A stretch of DNA of 64,000 bases from Acutalibacteraceae bacterium. Its GTDB lineage: Bacteria; Bacillota; Clostridia; Oscillospirales; Acutalibacteraceae. The number at the start of each line of letters is the position of its first letter. The stretch's first letter is position 1. The stretch covers positions 185,853 to 249,852 of the forward strand of contig JBJEQJ010000020.1 in assembly GCA_051881695.1 (NCBI GenBank), given 5' to 3'. The position numbers and the translations under genes were made by a program. This document shows positions 26,880 to 35,505 of the stretch, in pieces. The notes below the pieces were generated by a model, which saw only the letters and a list, made by a program, of their open reading frames with translations, ran no database searches and was not told where the DNA came from.

Positions 26880-28229
26880 TCAGATAAGTAAATTCAGACT
26901 TTTGTTGATTTCCTCCATAGAAAGCAGTAATTCAGACATACTGCTTTCCGGAACCTTTACTGCATATATAAGACCGGAGGAGTTTATCATCTCGATAAAG
27001 TCGTCTGTGTCCTTGCGTGCCTTCCAGTCCTTTTCGGTGAATACCTGAATTGTCAGAAGTACTTGTCCTCTTTTTTCTCTGCCCGAAACATTCAGCCACT
27101 CATAAAAAGTAACAGAGCGTGAGGCAGTATCCTGTCTGGCGGTTACGTTTCCCTCCCATGCGCTTGGCAAAGAGAAATAGTAACCGTCCGTAGTGCTGAT
27201 AACCGTTTGCAAATCAGGCTCCAGTGTTTTGCTTTTTATATTAAAGCTGTTCCAGATTGTAAGGCTGCAAACTCTGTCAGAAGTAAGATTTTCTTTTGCT
27301 TCCATCGGCATTAATTCAACAGTAGGAATATTCATAATCCCGCTTGAGTTTACATCCTTGCAAACAGTGGTACCGGTGCGAAGAGTTGGATTTTCCTTTT
27401 TTGCTGTGTTAAGCGGATTTAAAAGTGTTGACTGCTCTTTATCCCAGTATACTACCTCTGTGAGCAAATCGTTGTTATTTTTTGCGCCGTCAACAAAAAC
27501 TGCCGGGGTGCTGTTGTCAGTCATACCCTGCTGTACGCAGACAAAGCGCGTGATGTTTTCATTTATAGCAATGATTGACCGCGTGAATATCTGCCGTACC
27601 TCCGGGTTATACTGCAAAAGCTTAGCGCTTGCAGGAGCTTCTCCCACAGGAATGGACAATAGCATTATGCTGCATTTGCCGTCGCCTGTTAAATCGCCTA
27701 CAACACATTCGCTGAAGCTTTCGTCAATGGGCAGCTCGCTGGATTTTTTGTTTCCTACAAAATAAGCGGTCATTTGGTTTGCCGATGCAACTGCACTTTT
27801 CCAGCTTACCAAAACCTCTTTTGTTCTGTCACCGTCAATATCGCCTATATTAATGCTGTCAATGTCATTACTTATTCCGGAAAAATCCCCGACAGACTGC
27901 CATATACCGTTTATATTTCTGATAAACATTATGTGGGTGGTGGTAGCGTCTCCCGAAGGCTTATAAAGCGCTATTGCCTCGTCAATTCCGTCACCGTTAA
28001 GGTCCTTCATAATTATTGCGCTTCTGTAATCTCCTCTTTGCGGATATTTCAGCGTGTAGTCGCCGCCTGCCGTAGTTTCTATTACTGCTTCTATCTCCGC
28101 CTTGTTTCCGGTTGCTCTGGGCGGGCGCAAAAGGTCGGAATTATCAAAGCTGTTCGGAGCGCAGGAGGAAAAAAGAGTGCAAACAAGCATTAAAATCAAG
28201 ACGGCTGTAAGCCTTTTCCTTATTTTCAT
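26880..28229 (-). CDS. Lipoprotein with FG-GAP/VCBS-like Ca-binding repeats
   Basis: Signal peptide with lipobox LFSSC. There are three DxDGDG-type motifs (DLNGDGIDEA, GDIDGDRTKEV, GDLTGDGKCSI). Confidence 0.55.
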   Translation of the reverse strand: MKIRKRLTAVLILMLVCTLFSSCAPNSFDNSDLLRPPRATGNKAEIEAVIETTAGGDYTLKYPQRGDYRSAIIMKDLNGDGIDEAIALYKPSGDATTTHIMFIRNINGIWQSVGDFSGISNDIDSINIGDIDGDRTKEVLVSWKSAVASANQMTAYFVGNKKSSELPIDESFSECVVGDLTGDGKCSIMLLSIPVGEAPASAKLLQYNPEVRQIFTRSIIAINENITRFVCVQQGMTDNSTPAVFVDGAKNNNDLLTEVVYWDKEQSTLLNPLNTAKKENPTLRTGTTVCKDVNSSGIMNIPTVELMPMEAKENLTSDRVCSLTIWNSFNIKSKTLEPDLQTVISTTDGYYFSLPSAWEGNVTARQDTASRSVTFYEWLNVSGREKRGQVLLTIQVFTEKDWKARKDTDDFIEMINSSGLIYAVKVPESSMSELLLSMEEINKSLNLLI

Positions 28230-28263
28230 ACATTGCGCTCCTTTCCGGTTTGTTTTTTGTTGT

Positions 28264-28923
28264 TTATTTCAGGTTTAAAGCGTTCAGGGCAAATATTTTC
28301 TTGCCCATTTCGGTAAACATTTTTTCGTGCTCAGTTTCTATATTATCAGCAAGCTTTAAGCTGTGTAAATCCTCGGTTGAAAAGGTTATTTCAAAGCCGC
28401 ACTCCTTAAAATATTCAAGGCTGTCACGGTACAGCTGCTCATCGTCTGTTTTAAAGCGGATTTCACCGCCGCTTTTCAAAAAGCTCTTGTAAAGCTTTAG
28501 CTGCCTTGGGTGTGTAAGCCGTCTTTTTTTGTGCTTGGCTTTTGGCCACGGATTGCAGAAATTTATATAAATTCTCTCTATTTCGTCATCCGGTGTAAGA
28601 ATTTGATCAATCCTTTCAATGTCCCACGACATCATAAGAACATTCTCAACTTCTCTGCCGTTCTCTTCAAATTTTTTAACTATATTTCTTCTGCCTACTG
28701 CAAGCACTTCGCTTTTAATATCTATGGCTATATAGTTAATATCCGGATTATTAAAAGCGAGCTGTGCCATAAATGTGCCCTTGCCGCAGCCAAGCTCCAG
28801 ATGCAGCGGCTGTTCTTTTGCAAAGGAGTTATGCCATTTTCCCTTAAGAGTAAGCGGTTCGTCTACAAAAAATTTGCAGGCTGCAAGCTCCGGCCTTGCC
28901 CATGGCTTTCTTCTCATTCTCAT
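28264..28923 (-). CDS. trmB: tRNA (guanine46-N7)-methyltransferase
   Basis: [10 protein letters not shown]-terminus, SAM motif LELGCGKG, and NFCNPWPK. Confidence 0.88.
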   Translation of the reverse strand: MRMRRKPWARPELAACKFFVDEPLTLKGKWHNSFAKEQPLHLELGCGKGTFMAQLAFNNPDINYIAIDIKSEVLAVGRRNIVKKFEENGREVENVLMMSWDIERIDQILTPDDEIERIYINFCNPWPKAKHKKRRLTHPRQLKLYKSFLKSGGEIRFKTDDEQLYRDSLEYFKECGFEITFSTEDLHSLKLADNIETEHEKMFTEMGKKIFALNALNLK

Positions 28924-29075
28924 ATGCTCACCGTTATCAGTTTATTTTATCACTTTATTATATCAAAAAGAGTATATATTTGCAATGGAATAATTGTATA
29001 TTTTTTAGCTGTATTTTTTAAAGTATTTTTTAAAAGCTTTGTTAGGAAAACAGATGTAACCGGGCTTTGGTAACA

Positions 29076-29116
29076 GAAAAAAGGGGACAGCCGCATAAGG
29101 ATTGCCGCTGTCCCTG
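29076..29116 (-). terminator. Rho-independent terminator of csp
   Basis: GGGACAGC / GCTGTCCC stem. On the minus strand it is followed by CTTTTTTTCTG. Confidence 0.8.
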
Positions 29117-29140
29117 TTGTTCAGTCATTTGCTGAAAAGC

Positions 29141-29353
29141 TTATTGCCTGCAAACATTCACTGCTCTCAGCTTGCTTGCGTCCTTCGGGTCCTGCTCGGT
29201 TTCAAATGTAACCTTGTCGCCCTCGTTTAAGGTTTTAAAGCCGTCTGCAACGATTGCAGAGAAATGTACGAATACATCGTCGCCGCCGTCGTCGTTAGAA
29301 ATAAAACCGTAGCCCTTTTCTGCATTAAACCATTTTACTGTACCGTTATTCAT
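29141..29353 (-). CDS. Cold-shock protein (CspA family)
   Basis: [18 protein letters not shown] (RNP1) and VFVHFS (RNP2). 70 aa, from ATG 29353 with a GGAGGT RBS. The 108 aa track ORF is an artefactual upstream extension. Confidence 0.93.
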   Translation of the reverse strand: MNNGTVKWFNAEKGYGFISNDDGGDDVFVHFSAIVADGFKTLNEGDKVTFETEQDPKDASKLRAVNVCRQ

Positions 29354-29407
29354 CTTGGTACCTCCATATAAAATTATAATCATATCCATATACTGCAATA
29401 TACCAAA

Positions 29408-29463
29408 ACTCGCATATTTTTGTAACTCATTAACGAAACAATGACCTACAAAAATATGCGAGT
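29408..29463 (-). promoter_or_regulatory. Structured csp 5' leader (17 bp perfect stem)
   Basis: ACTCGCATATTTTTGTA (29408-29424) pairs perfectly with TACAAAAATATGCGAGT (29447-29463). The loop is 22 nt. Confidence 0.5.
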
Positions 29464-29492
29464 TCAATGTGTAGCATTTTGAATACCTGTTA

Positions 29493-29521
29493 AGTATATA
29501 TCATTTTACAGTACTTGTCAA
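29493..29521 (-). promoter_or_regulatory. Sigma-A type promoter for csp
   Basis: The minus strand reads TTGACA, a 17 nt spacer, then TATACT. This gives a leader of about 135 nt. Confidence 0.6.
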
Positions 29522-29539
29522 ATATTAAAATATAAATAT

Positions 29540-29953
29540 TCAGTTATGCGATTTATTTAAAAATTCCATAACATTTTTGCTGAGCATAGAGGCAATCTGT
29601 TCGGGGTCATCGGGCAGCAGCACAATATGCTGCTTTGCATAGGAAAGGATATATCCGGTGCTGCCCTTTAACGGGTTAGGAATTTTTTGAGCAACGGGTA
29701 AGGGGGTTAAATGCTTAAAGCCCTTTGATAATACAGTAGTTATATTGCTTTCGTCATTTCGCGAAAGTCCGCCGACTATAAATATAAGGTCGGTGATGTC
29801 TGCGGCTTCGTTCAGGCTTTTCGCAAGCATTTCGTCCGAAAACGCCGGCAGCACACAGTGCGTGTTTATGCCGTTAGCCATAAGCACGTTTCTTAGCGAG
29901 GTTTCGCAATAGCCTGTTTTGTGCGCCATATAAAATATAATACTGCATTTCAT
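29540..29953 (-). CDS. Hypothetical protein with degenerate CinA-N/MogA-like (MoCF-biosynthesis fold) features
   Basis: DLIFIVGGLSRNDESNIT resembles the GGLGPTxDDxT motif, and HIVLLPDDPEQI resembles the CinA vvLPGvPxE motif. GAAAGG RBS. The similarity is weak and judged by eye. Confidence 0.4.
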   Translation of the reverse strand: MKCSIIFYMAHKTGYCETSLRNVLMANGINTHCVLPAFSDEMLAKSLNEAADITDLIFIVGGLSRNDESNITTVLSKGFKHLTPLPVAQKIPNPLKGSTGYILSYAKQHIVLLPDDPEQIASMLSKNVMEFLNKSHN

Positions 29954-29992
29954 AGTGATTTGCCTTTCGTTTAGTATTTCAGGTTAAGCTGA

Positions 29993-32365
29993 TTACAGAT
30001 CCTCTTCATTTATAGCCTGCGGCGATTGACGCTCGGCTTCCTCGGTGGGAGTCTGCGGAGCTTGACTTTGCGAGGATGGCGGGTTTGACGAGGAGGGGCG
30101 TGATGAGTTTACAGTTGTATTGCCTAAAACCGTAACATTGCAGGCGAGCGATATTCCGTTGCTTGTGCTTACCGTAATAACCGCATTGCCCGCCCTTTTA
30201 CCTGTTACAACTCCGTTTGAATTTACAGAAGCTACAGAGCTGTTTGAAGATTTCCATGTAAGTTTTTTGTTGGTTGCATTACTTGGACTTACAGTTGCAG
30301 TTAAAGTGAAGCTTTGACCGACTTTTACGTTATATCCCGACCAGTTAAGGGAAAGTGTTTCAACCGGCTGCAATACCTTTACCTTGCAGTATGCAGTACA
30401 TCCGTTAGGGGTTTCTGCCTTTATTGTAGCGGTTCCGGGTCCTACGGCGGTTAATCTTCCGCCGGCGGCAATTTTTGCAACATTTGTATCAGAAGAAGTC
30501 CACGTTACTTTTTTCTCTGTTGTATTTGACGGGTTCCAGCTTATGGAAAGATTATCGGTGTCGCCGTTATTCATTGTTATGCTGGAATAATTAAGCGAAA
30601 TGATATAAGGCAGTATTTTTTCCTTAGTTGGCGCCTGTGTAGGTGCCGGTGTCGGAGCCTGTGTAGGCACCTCGGTTTCTTCCTCTGTTTTCTGAACATG
30701 ATCAAACAGCGTGAACATACGCTCTTTACCTTTTAGCTTGCCGCTTCCGTCATACCAATCTATTTCTTTAGCCTTGTAGGCTGTCTTGAAGGTTGTAATT
30801 TCAGGCTTTGTTCCGCCGTATCTGCTGTACCATGCGTCGGGGAAGAGGGCGTCGTTGTTTATTGAAGCTTTCTTGACATCTACCTTTTCGCTTTCGCCCT
30901 TGCGTACCTTTCTGGCAACCACTACTGTTCTGAACTCCGAAAGCTCATACGAGCAGGTGGAAAGCGTAAGAAGCTGGTCGTCTTCATTTACGTTTACGGG
31001 TATATCGAAGAACGAGCGTTCTCTTATAAGATAAACATAATTCATAAATTCGGCGTCGCTTGCAAATGTACCCGTAAGATAATCGAAGTATTCGCCCTGC
31101 GACTCTAAGGTGTTTGTCTTGTATACGGAAATTATCTTATAAACAGCGTCGCCGTCGGGAGTATCAAAATGAATAGTCGGGTGTTTTCTGTAAAAATCAA
31201 TATCGCCGTAGGTTGTTCCGTAGCCCATAAGGTTCTGGAACATTCTGCCGTCCTGCATATGGTGACCGTGAAGAATTATGTTTTTGGATTTTGTACCCTG
31301 CTTGCTTCTGAAATCTATAAATATGCTTCCGTAGCCGCTGTAATTTCCCTCATAGTCAGCATACAGATATTTCTGATAATCAATAGTATCGCTTTTGCTT
31401 TGAAGCACAGGGTAATCAATGTACTGGGTGTCGTCAATTTTTACCCACGCAACTATTTCCTTGTTTATCTTTTTAAGCTTATCCCAGTCGTGAGAAAGGG
31501 TTTTTACTACTTTTTTTGTTTTAGGGTCAGTTACAACCTCAACCTCGGAAACGCTGCCGGTATCTTTAATTTTACTTACAGATATGTCATTAAAATACGG
31601 CTGAATAACAAGGTAATTAATAAGATACCCTGCTGTTATTAAAAACGTGATTATAGCTATAATCAGAATAATTTTCCTTGCTATTTCCTTTGCGCCGTCG
31701 CCCCTCATCGGGATTATTCCTGCCCAGAAGCCGCGTTTTTTCTTGCTTTTATTTTCAAAAGCAGGTACAAACTTAATTCCGTTTTCCATAAGCTCTCCGT
31801 CAGAAAGCTTTGCGGCAGCTGCACAAAGAGATGCCGCCGAGATAATCATTTGAGAGGATGAAATACCGGTAAGCTCTTCCTTAGGCAAGGCTATTATTTT
31901 TTTGTCCTTGTAAAAGAAGCAATAGGAATAATAGCCTATTCCCATATCTGCAAGCTTAACGGCGTTTGAATATGCCTTTTCCGGGTCTGTTTCATAAATC
32001 GGCTCTGCTTGGGTGGGAAAATCCATTGCCATTACCAAATCCGGCATATGCTCCTGCTCAAGCCGGAGCATATGGTCTTTTTCTTTTGTAAGCATATTAG
32101 AGGTAAGTGCGCAAAGAGTTGAATAAATCGTATTGTTTTCGTCACCGTCCAGTGCATTTGCGATTATAACGGTATCTATATTGTCCTTAGAAGCGAAGGA
32201 TTGTGCAAGTCCCTCAAGCAGCTTGGTGCTGTCGCAGTCCATTTCCGTTTTATAAAGAAGACGGCTTGAGGAGCCTTCAAGTGCAGAGGAAATATCGGAA
32301 AGCTCGCTATTCAGCTTCTGCATAGCTTCTTCGTCTGTTCTTATAGAATATATTTCAATATTCAT
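29993..32365 (-). CDS. Multidomain membrane protein: cytoplasmic CinA-like N-domain, TM segment, class B sortase domain, two Big_2 Ig-like domains, Pro/Ser-rich tail
   Basis: Sortase B catalytic His (NIILHGHHMQDGRMF), Cys (LLTLSTCSYE) and Arg (VVVARKV). Big_2 repeats are present (VTWTSSDTNVAKIAAGGRLTAVGPGTATIKA; LTWKSSNSSVASVNSNGVVTGKRAGNAVITV). The TM segment is IILIIAIITFLITAGYLINYLVI. Confidence 0.8.
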   Translation of the reverse strand: MNIEIYSIRTDEEAMQKLNSELSDISSALEGSSSRLLYKTEMDCDSTKLLEGLAQSFASKDNIDTVIIANALDGDENNTIYSTLCALTSNMLTKEKDHMLRLEQEHMPDLVMAMDFPTQAEPIYETDPEKAYSNAVKLADMGIGYYSYCFFYKDKKIIALPKEELTGISSSQMIISAASLCAAAAKLSDGELMENGIKFVPAFENKSKKKRGFWAGIIPMRGDGAKEIARKIILIIAIITFLITAGYLINYLVIQPYFNDISVSKIKDTGSVSEVEVVTDPKTKKVVKTLSHDWDKLKKINKEIVAWVKIDDTQYIDYPVLQSKSDTIDYQKYLYADYEGNYSGYGSIFIDFRSKQGTKSKNIILHGHHMQDGRMFQNLMGYGTTYGDIDFYRKHPTIHFDTPDGDAVYKIISVYKTNTLESQGEYFDYLTGTFASDAEFMNYVYLIRERSFFDIPVNVNEDDQLLTLSTCSYELSEFRTVVVARKVRKGESEKVDVKKASINNDALFPDAWYSRYGGTKPEITTFKTAYKAKEIDWYDGSGKLKGKERMFTLFDHVQKTEEETEVPTQAPTPAPTQAPTKEKILPYIISLNYSSITMNNGDTDNLSISWNPSNTTEKKVTWTSSDTNVAKIAAGGRLTAVGPGTATIKAETPNGCTAYCKVKVLQPVETLSLNWSGYNVKVGQSFTLTATVSPSNATNKKLTWKSSNSSVASVNSNGVVTGKRAGNAVITVSTSNGISLACNVTVLGNTTVNSSRPSSSNPPSSQSQAPQTPTEEAERQSPQAINEEDL

Positions 32366-32379
32366 TTTGTTTACCTCCC

Positions 32380-32396
32380 AATCAGTGTTTCCTTAA
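32380..32396. repeat. Solo end of the MITE-like element, fused to the thiI stop codon
   Basis: AATCAGTGTTTCCTTAA matches 17/17 to the 3' end of the elements at 34857-35032 and 49492-49671. The thiI TAA stop (complement of 32393-32395) is the TAA of TTAAGG. Confidence 0.65.
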
Positions 32397-33565
32397 TATC
32401 CGATTTTTGTTATTTTTAAATTATTTACAGCATTTTCAATAAGCTCGTCGCAGTTCAGCTTTTCCTGTGCCTGCTTTACATATTTCAGGATTGGGCGTGT
32501 GCGCGGATGCTTGGGCGTAAATACGGTACAGCAGTCCTCATACGGCTGTATAGAGGTTTCAAACGTGCCTATTTTGCGCGAGATAACTATAATTTCCTCC
32601 TTGTCCATTCCTATAAGAGGTCTGAACACAGGCATACTGCACGCCTCGTCCGTTACAGCAATGGCGTGAATAGTCTGGCTTGCCACCTGCCCCAGGCTTT
32701 CGCCTGTTATAAGGGCGGCGCAGCTATTGTTCTTGGCGACCTTTTCTGCTATTTCCATCATAAAACGCCGCATTATTATCGTAAACAGCTCCTCGGGGCA
32801 GTTTTTCTGTATCTGCTCCTGTATCTCTGTAAACGGAACTGTATACATTGTCATTCTGCCGCTGTAGGCAGATACAATCTCTAAAAGCTCCTTAACCTTT
32901 TGCTCCGCACGCTCGCTTGTATACGGAGGGCTTGCAAAGTGAACTGCTGTCAGCTCAATTCCTCTTTTAGCCATCATATATGCAGCAACGGGACTGTCAA
33001 TACCGCCGCTTATAAGTATTGCCGCCTTGCCGCCTGTGCCCACAGGTATTCCGCCTGCGCCCTTTATGGACGCTCCCCTTATATATGCGCCAAAATCCCT
33101 TACCTCTACAGTTACTGTAATATCCGGGTTGTGCACGTCAACATGAAGATTGTCGTATGCGTTTAACAGTCTTTCGCCCAGTGCGGCACATATTTGCGGC
33201 GAGGTAAGCGGGAATTTTTTGTCAGAGCGTTTAGCCTCTACCTTAAAGCTTTTACATAGCGAAAGCTCGTCCTCAAGGTATTTTTCCGCCTTTTCAAGAA
33301 TATCGTCCATATCCTTTTTTGCAACGCAGGCTCTTGAAAAAGCGGCAATGCCAAAAACTGTTTCAAGCAGGCGCTGCGCCTCATCAAGGTCTATATTCTC
33401 ATCATCAGGCGTTATATATATTGTAGACTGCGCCGTTTTTATTTCAAATCTTCCAAGGAGGCGAAGCCTTCTCTTTATATTCTTAACAAGAATATCCTCG
33501 AAGGTTCTTCTGTTAAGTCCCTTAAGTGCAAGCTCGCCAACCTTAACAAGCAGTATTTCTTCCAT
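32393..33565 (-). CDS. thiI: tRNA 4-thiouridine(8) synthase
   Basis: THUMP N-terminus plus a PP-loop (ILISGGIDSPVAAY). 390 aa, so no rhodanese domain. Confidence 0.9.
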   Translation of the reverse strand: MEEILLVKVGELALKGLNRRTFEDILVKNIKRRLRLLGRFEIKTAQSTIYITPDDENIDLDEAQRLLETVFGIAAFSRACVAKKDMDDILEKAEKYLEDELSLCKSFKVEAKRSDKKFPLTSPQICAALGERLLNAYDNLHVDVHNPDITVTVEVRDFGAYIRGASIKGAGGIPVGTGGKAAILISGGIDSPVAAYMMAKRGIELTAVHFASPPYTSERAEQKVKELLEIVSAYSGRMTMYTVPFTEIQEQIQKNCPEELFTIIMRRFMMEIAEKVAKNNSCAALITGESLGQVASQTIHAIAVTDEACSMPVFRPLIGMDKEEIIVISRKIGTFETSIQPYEDCCTVFTPKHPRTRPILKYVKQAQEKLNCDELIENAVNNLKITKIGY

Positions 33566-33594
33566 TTTTTAGTTCCTTTCAGAATTAATATAAT

Positions 33595-34719
33595 TCAGCT
33601 TTTCTTTCTTACCAGTGTTTTTGTTCCTTCAATTATTGCACAGACAAGTCTGTCAATATCCTGTATTGTGTTGAATTTAGAAAAGCTTACCCGTATTGCG
33701 CTGTCAATATATTCATAGCTTAGTCCCATTGATTCCAATACATGGCTTTTCTTTCCTTTTGCACAGGCTGAGCCGCTTGAAACATAAATATTTTTTGAGG
33801 AAAGAAAATGAAGCATAGTTTCACTTCTTATACCCGGTACAGAAAAATTCAGAATATACGGCAAAGCGTTATCGGGGGAGTTTATTTTAATGTTGTCAAG
33901 AGCTTTAAGCTGTTTTCTTAAATACTCGTTAAGCTCAACAATGTATTCTGTGCTTTCAAAATCAATTTCTCTTACTGCGGCGCCAAAGCCTGCAATAAGC
34001 GGAGCAGCTTCCGTTCCTGGACGTATGCGCTTTTCCTGTTCTCCGCCGTAGGCTCTAGGAATTATGCGCGTACCCTTTTTTATATAGAGCGCACCTGTTC
34101 CCTTTGGTCCGTGTATTTTGTGCGCCGTAACAGTTAAAAGGTCGGCGTCAATTTTCTTAGGCTTAACAGGAATTTTGCCGAATGCCTGCACAGCGTCACA
34201 GTGAAACAAAGCAGGCGAATGCTTTGCCTTTATCACTTTTTTAACCTTGTCAACCGGCAAAATAAGTCCGGTTTCGTTATTTACATACATCATACTAACC
34301 AAAACAGTTTTGTCGTCTATTGCGTCTGAAAGCTGTTTTAAGGTTATGCTGCCGTTTTCAGGCTTTAAATAAATTATCTCAAAGCCTTTATTTTCAAGGT
34401 GCCTGATGCTGTCAAATACAGAGGAATGTTCCATCGCTGTAGTTACAATTTTATTTCCCATTCGTTCACGGGCTTTGCAGCACCCGAAAATTGCCAGGTT
34501 ATTTGCTTCAGTACCTCCGCTTGTAAAATAAATTTCGTCACGGCCTGCCGACAGTATGTCTGCTATTGCTGTGCGTGTGGCTGTTATTTCTTTCTCGGCT
34601 TCAAGACCTTTTGAATGAAGCGACGAAGGATTGCCGTAATTATCGGTAAGAAGCTCTGTTATTTTATCAACAGCTTTGGAGCAGGGTTTAGTAGTTGCGC
34701 TGTTGTCAAGATATACCTC
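33595..34719 (-). CDS. Cysteine desulfurase (NifS/IscS class), no canonical in-frame start codon
   Basis: The in-frame translation continues 86 codons upstream of the track ORF (EVYLDNSATTKPCSKAVDKI...FTSGGTEANNLAI). PLP-Lys motif (TAHKIHGPKG) and catalytic Cys (SSGSACA) are present. The only RBS-served ATG (34721-34719) is out of frame. Confidence 0.8.
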   Translation of the reverse strand, partial: EVYLDNSATTKPCSKAVDKITELLTDNYGNPSSLHSKGLEAEKEITATRTAIADILSAGRDEIYFTSGGTEANNLAIFGCCKARERMGNKIVTTAMEHSSVFDSIRHLENKGFEIIYLKPENGSITLKQLSDAIDDKTVLVSMMYVNNETGLILPVDKVKKVIKAKHSPALFHCDAVQAFGKIPVKPKKIDADLLTVTAHKIHGPKGTGALYIKKGTRIIPRAYGGEQEKRIRPGTEAAPLIAGFGAAVREIDFESTEYIVELNEYLRKQLKALDNIKINSPDNALPYILNFSVPGIRSETMLHFLSSKNIYVSSGSACAKGKKSHVLESMGLSYEYIDSAIRVSFSKFNTIQDIDRLVCAIIEGTKTLVRKKS

Positions 34720-34856
34720 ATTATGCGTAAAAATACCTCCAAATTATTATCCGAGCAAAATATATACTAAAATACAGCTTACATTATACACTAAATCAGC
34801 ATATATTCAAAGAGCGAAATTAAAAGTTTACAAAAAATTATTAAAAAATTATGGAT

Positions 34857-35032
34857 TTAAGGAACCGCTTAATAAATCACGCCAAAAAGCTGTTTGCACA
34901 TCTTGCTTGCGTATTTTCCTCCGTTTTGCCCAAAAAATCCTCGTAATGCGTCAGCATTACTGCGGTTTGTATATTCTAACGAAAAATCTGACGGCGCAAT
35001 ATGCACAAACAATTTAATCAGTGTTTCCTTAA
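34857..35032 (+). mobile_element. MITE-like non-autonomous element, copy A (176 bp)
   Basis: Roughly 90% identical to 49492-49671. It has imperfect terminal inverted repeats of about 21 bp (TTAAGGAACCGCTTAATAAAT ... ATTTAATCAGTGTTTCCTTAA) and TTAA at both ends. There is an internal hairpin (GTAATGC-GTCA-GCATTAC) and no ORF. Confidence 0.7.
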
Positions 35033-35231
35033 GACGTAATTAAGAGGAATGTAATAATGTATATTCTGCTTTAGCCTTGTATCCTACCGTTCTGAAGAAC
35101 TGGCAGGAGTTTTTAAAATGTAATAAAATAGTGCAATTATGCACATTTGAATAATGCTTTGCGGATACTGTGTAAAACAACTAATATTTCAGAAAAATAA
35201 GCAAAGTATTTCTATGCTTACGATGACTTTG

Positions 35232-35245
35232 AAAGCATATGCTTT
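35232..35245. promoter_or_regulatory. Perfect 14 bp palindrome AAAGCATATGCTTT abutting the locus promoter
   Basis: The sequence is self-complementary and ends 2 nt upstream of the predicted -35. Confidence 0.35.
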
Positions 35246-35247
35246 GC

Positions 35248-35276
35248 TTGATTTTTATTAAATTTTTTGGTATAAT
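35248..35276 (+). promoter_or_regulatory. Candidate main promoter of the polysaccharide locus (extended -10)
   Basis: TTGATT (35248-35253), a 17 nt spacer ending in TGG, then TATAAT (35271-35276). It lies about 230 nt upstream of the first gene. Confidence 0.55.
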
Positions 35277-35505
35277 TTTTGTGGATTTTTCTGTAATTTT
35301 AACTAAATAGCTGTCATTTTAAGATTTTGAACAGAAAATTTGTTTTATTATCACAAATGTTTAATATTGTTAAAGTCCTAAAAAGAGTTTTGACAACCGA
35401 ATTCATAAAGCAAAGATAAGCTGAAATAATGCCGGCTTTGTATAGAATAATTACAGAATAGTATGTGTATTTGTTAATTGGTTAGCAATAAAAAAGGGGT
35501 ATTGT

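Noticed and set aside
34676-35017. 113 aa plus-strand ORF overlapping the repeat region
   Set aside because: It lies across the MITE-like copy A and the 5' end of the desulfurase gene. It has no RBS and its sequence is low-complexity. The second MITE copy does not preserve an equivalent ORF. It is treated as spurious.
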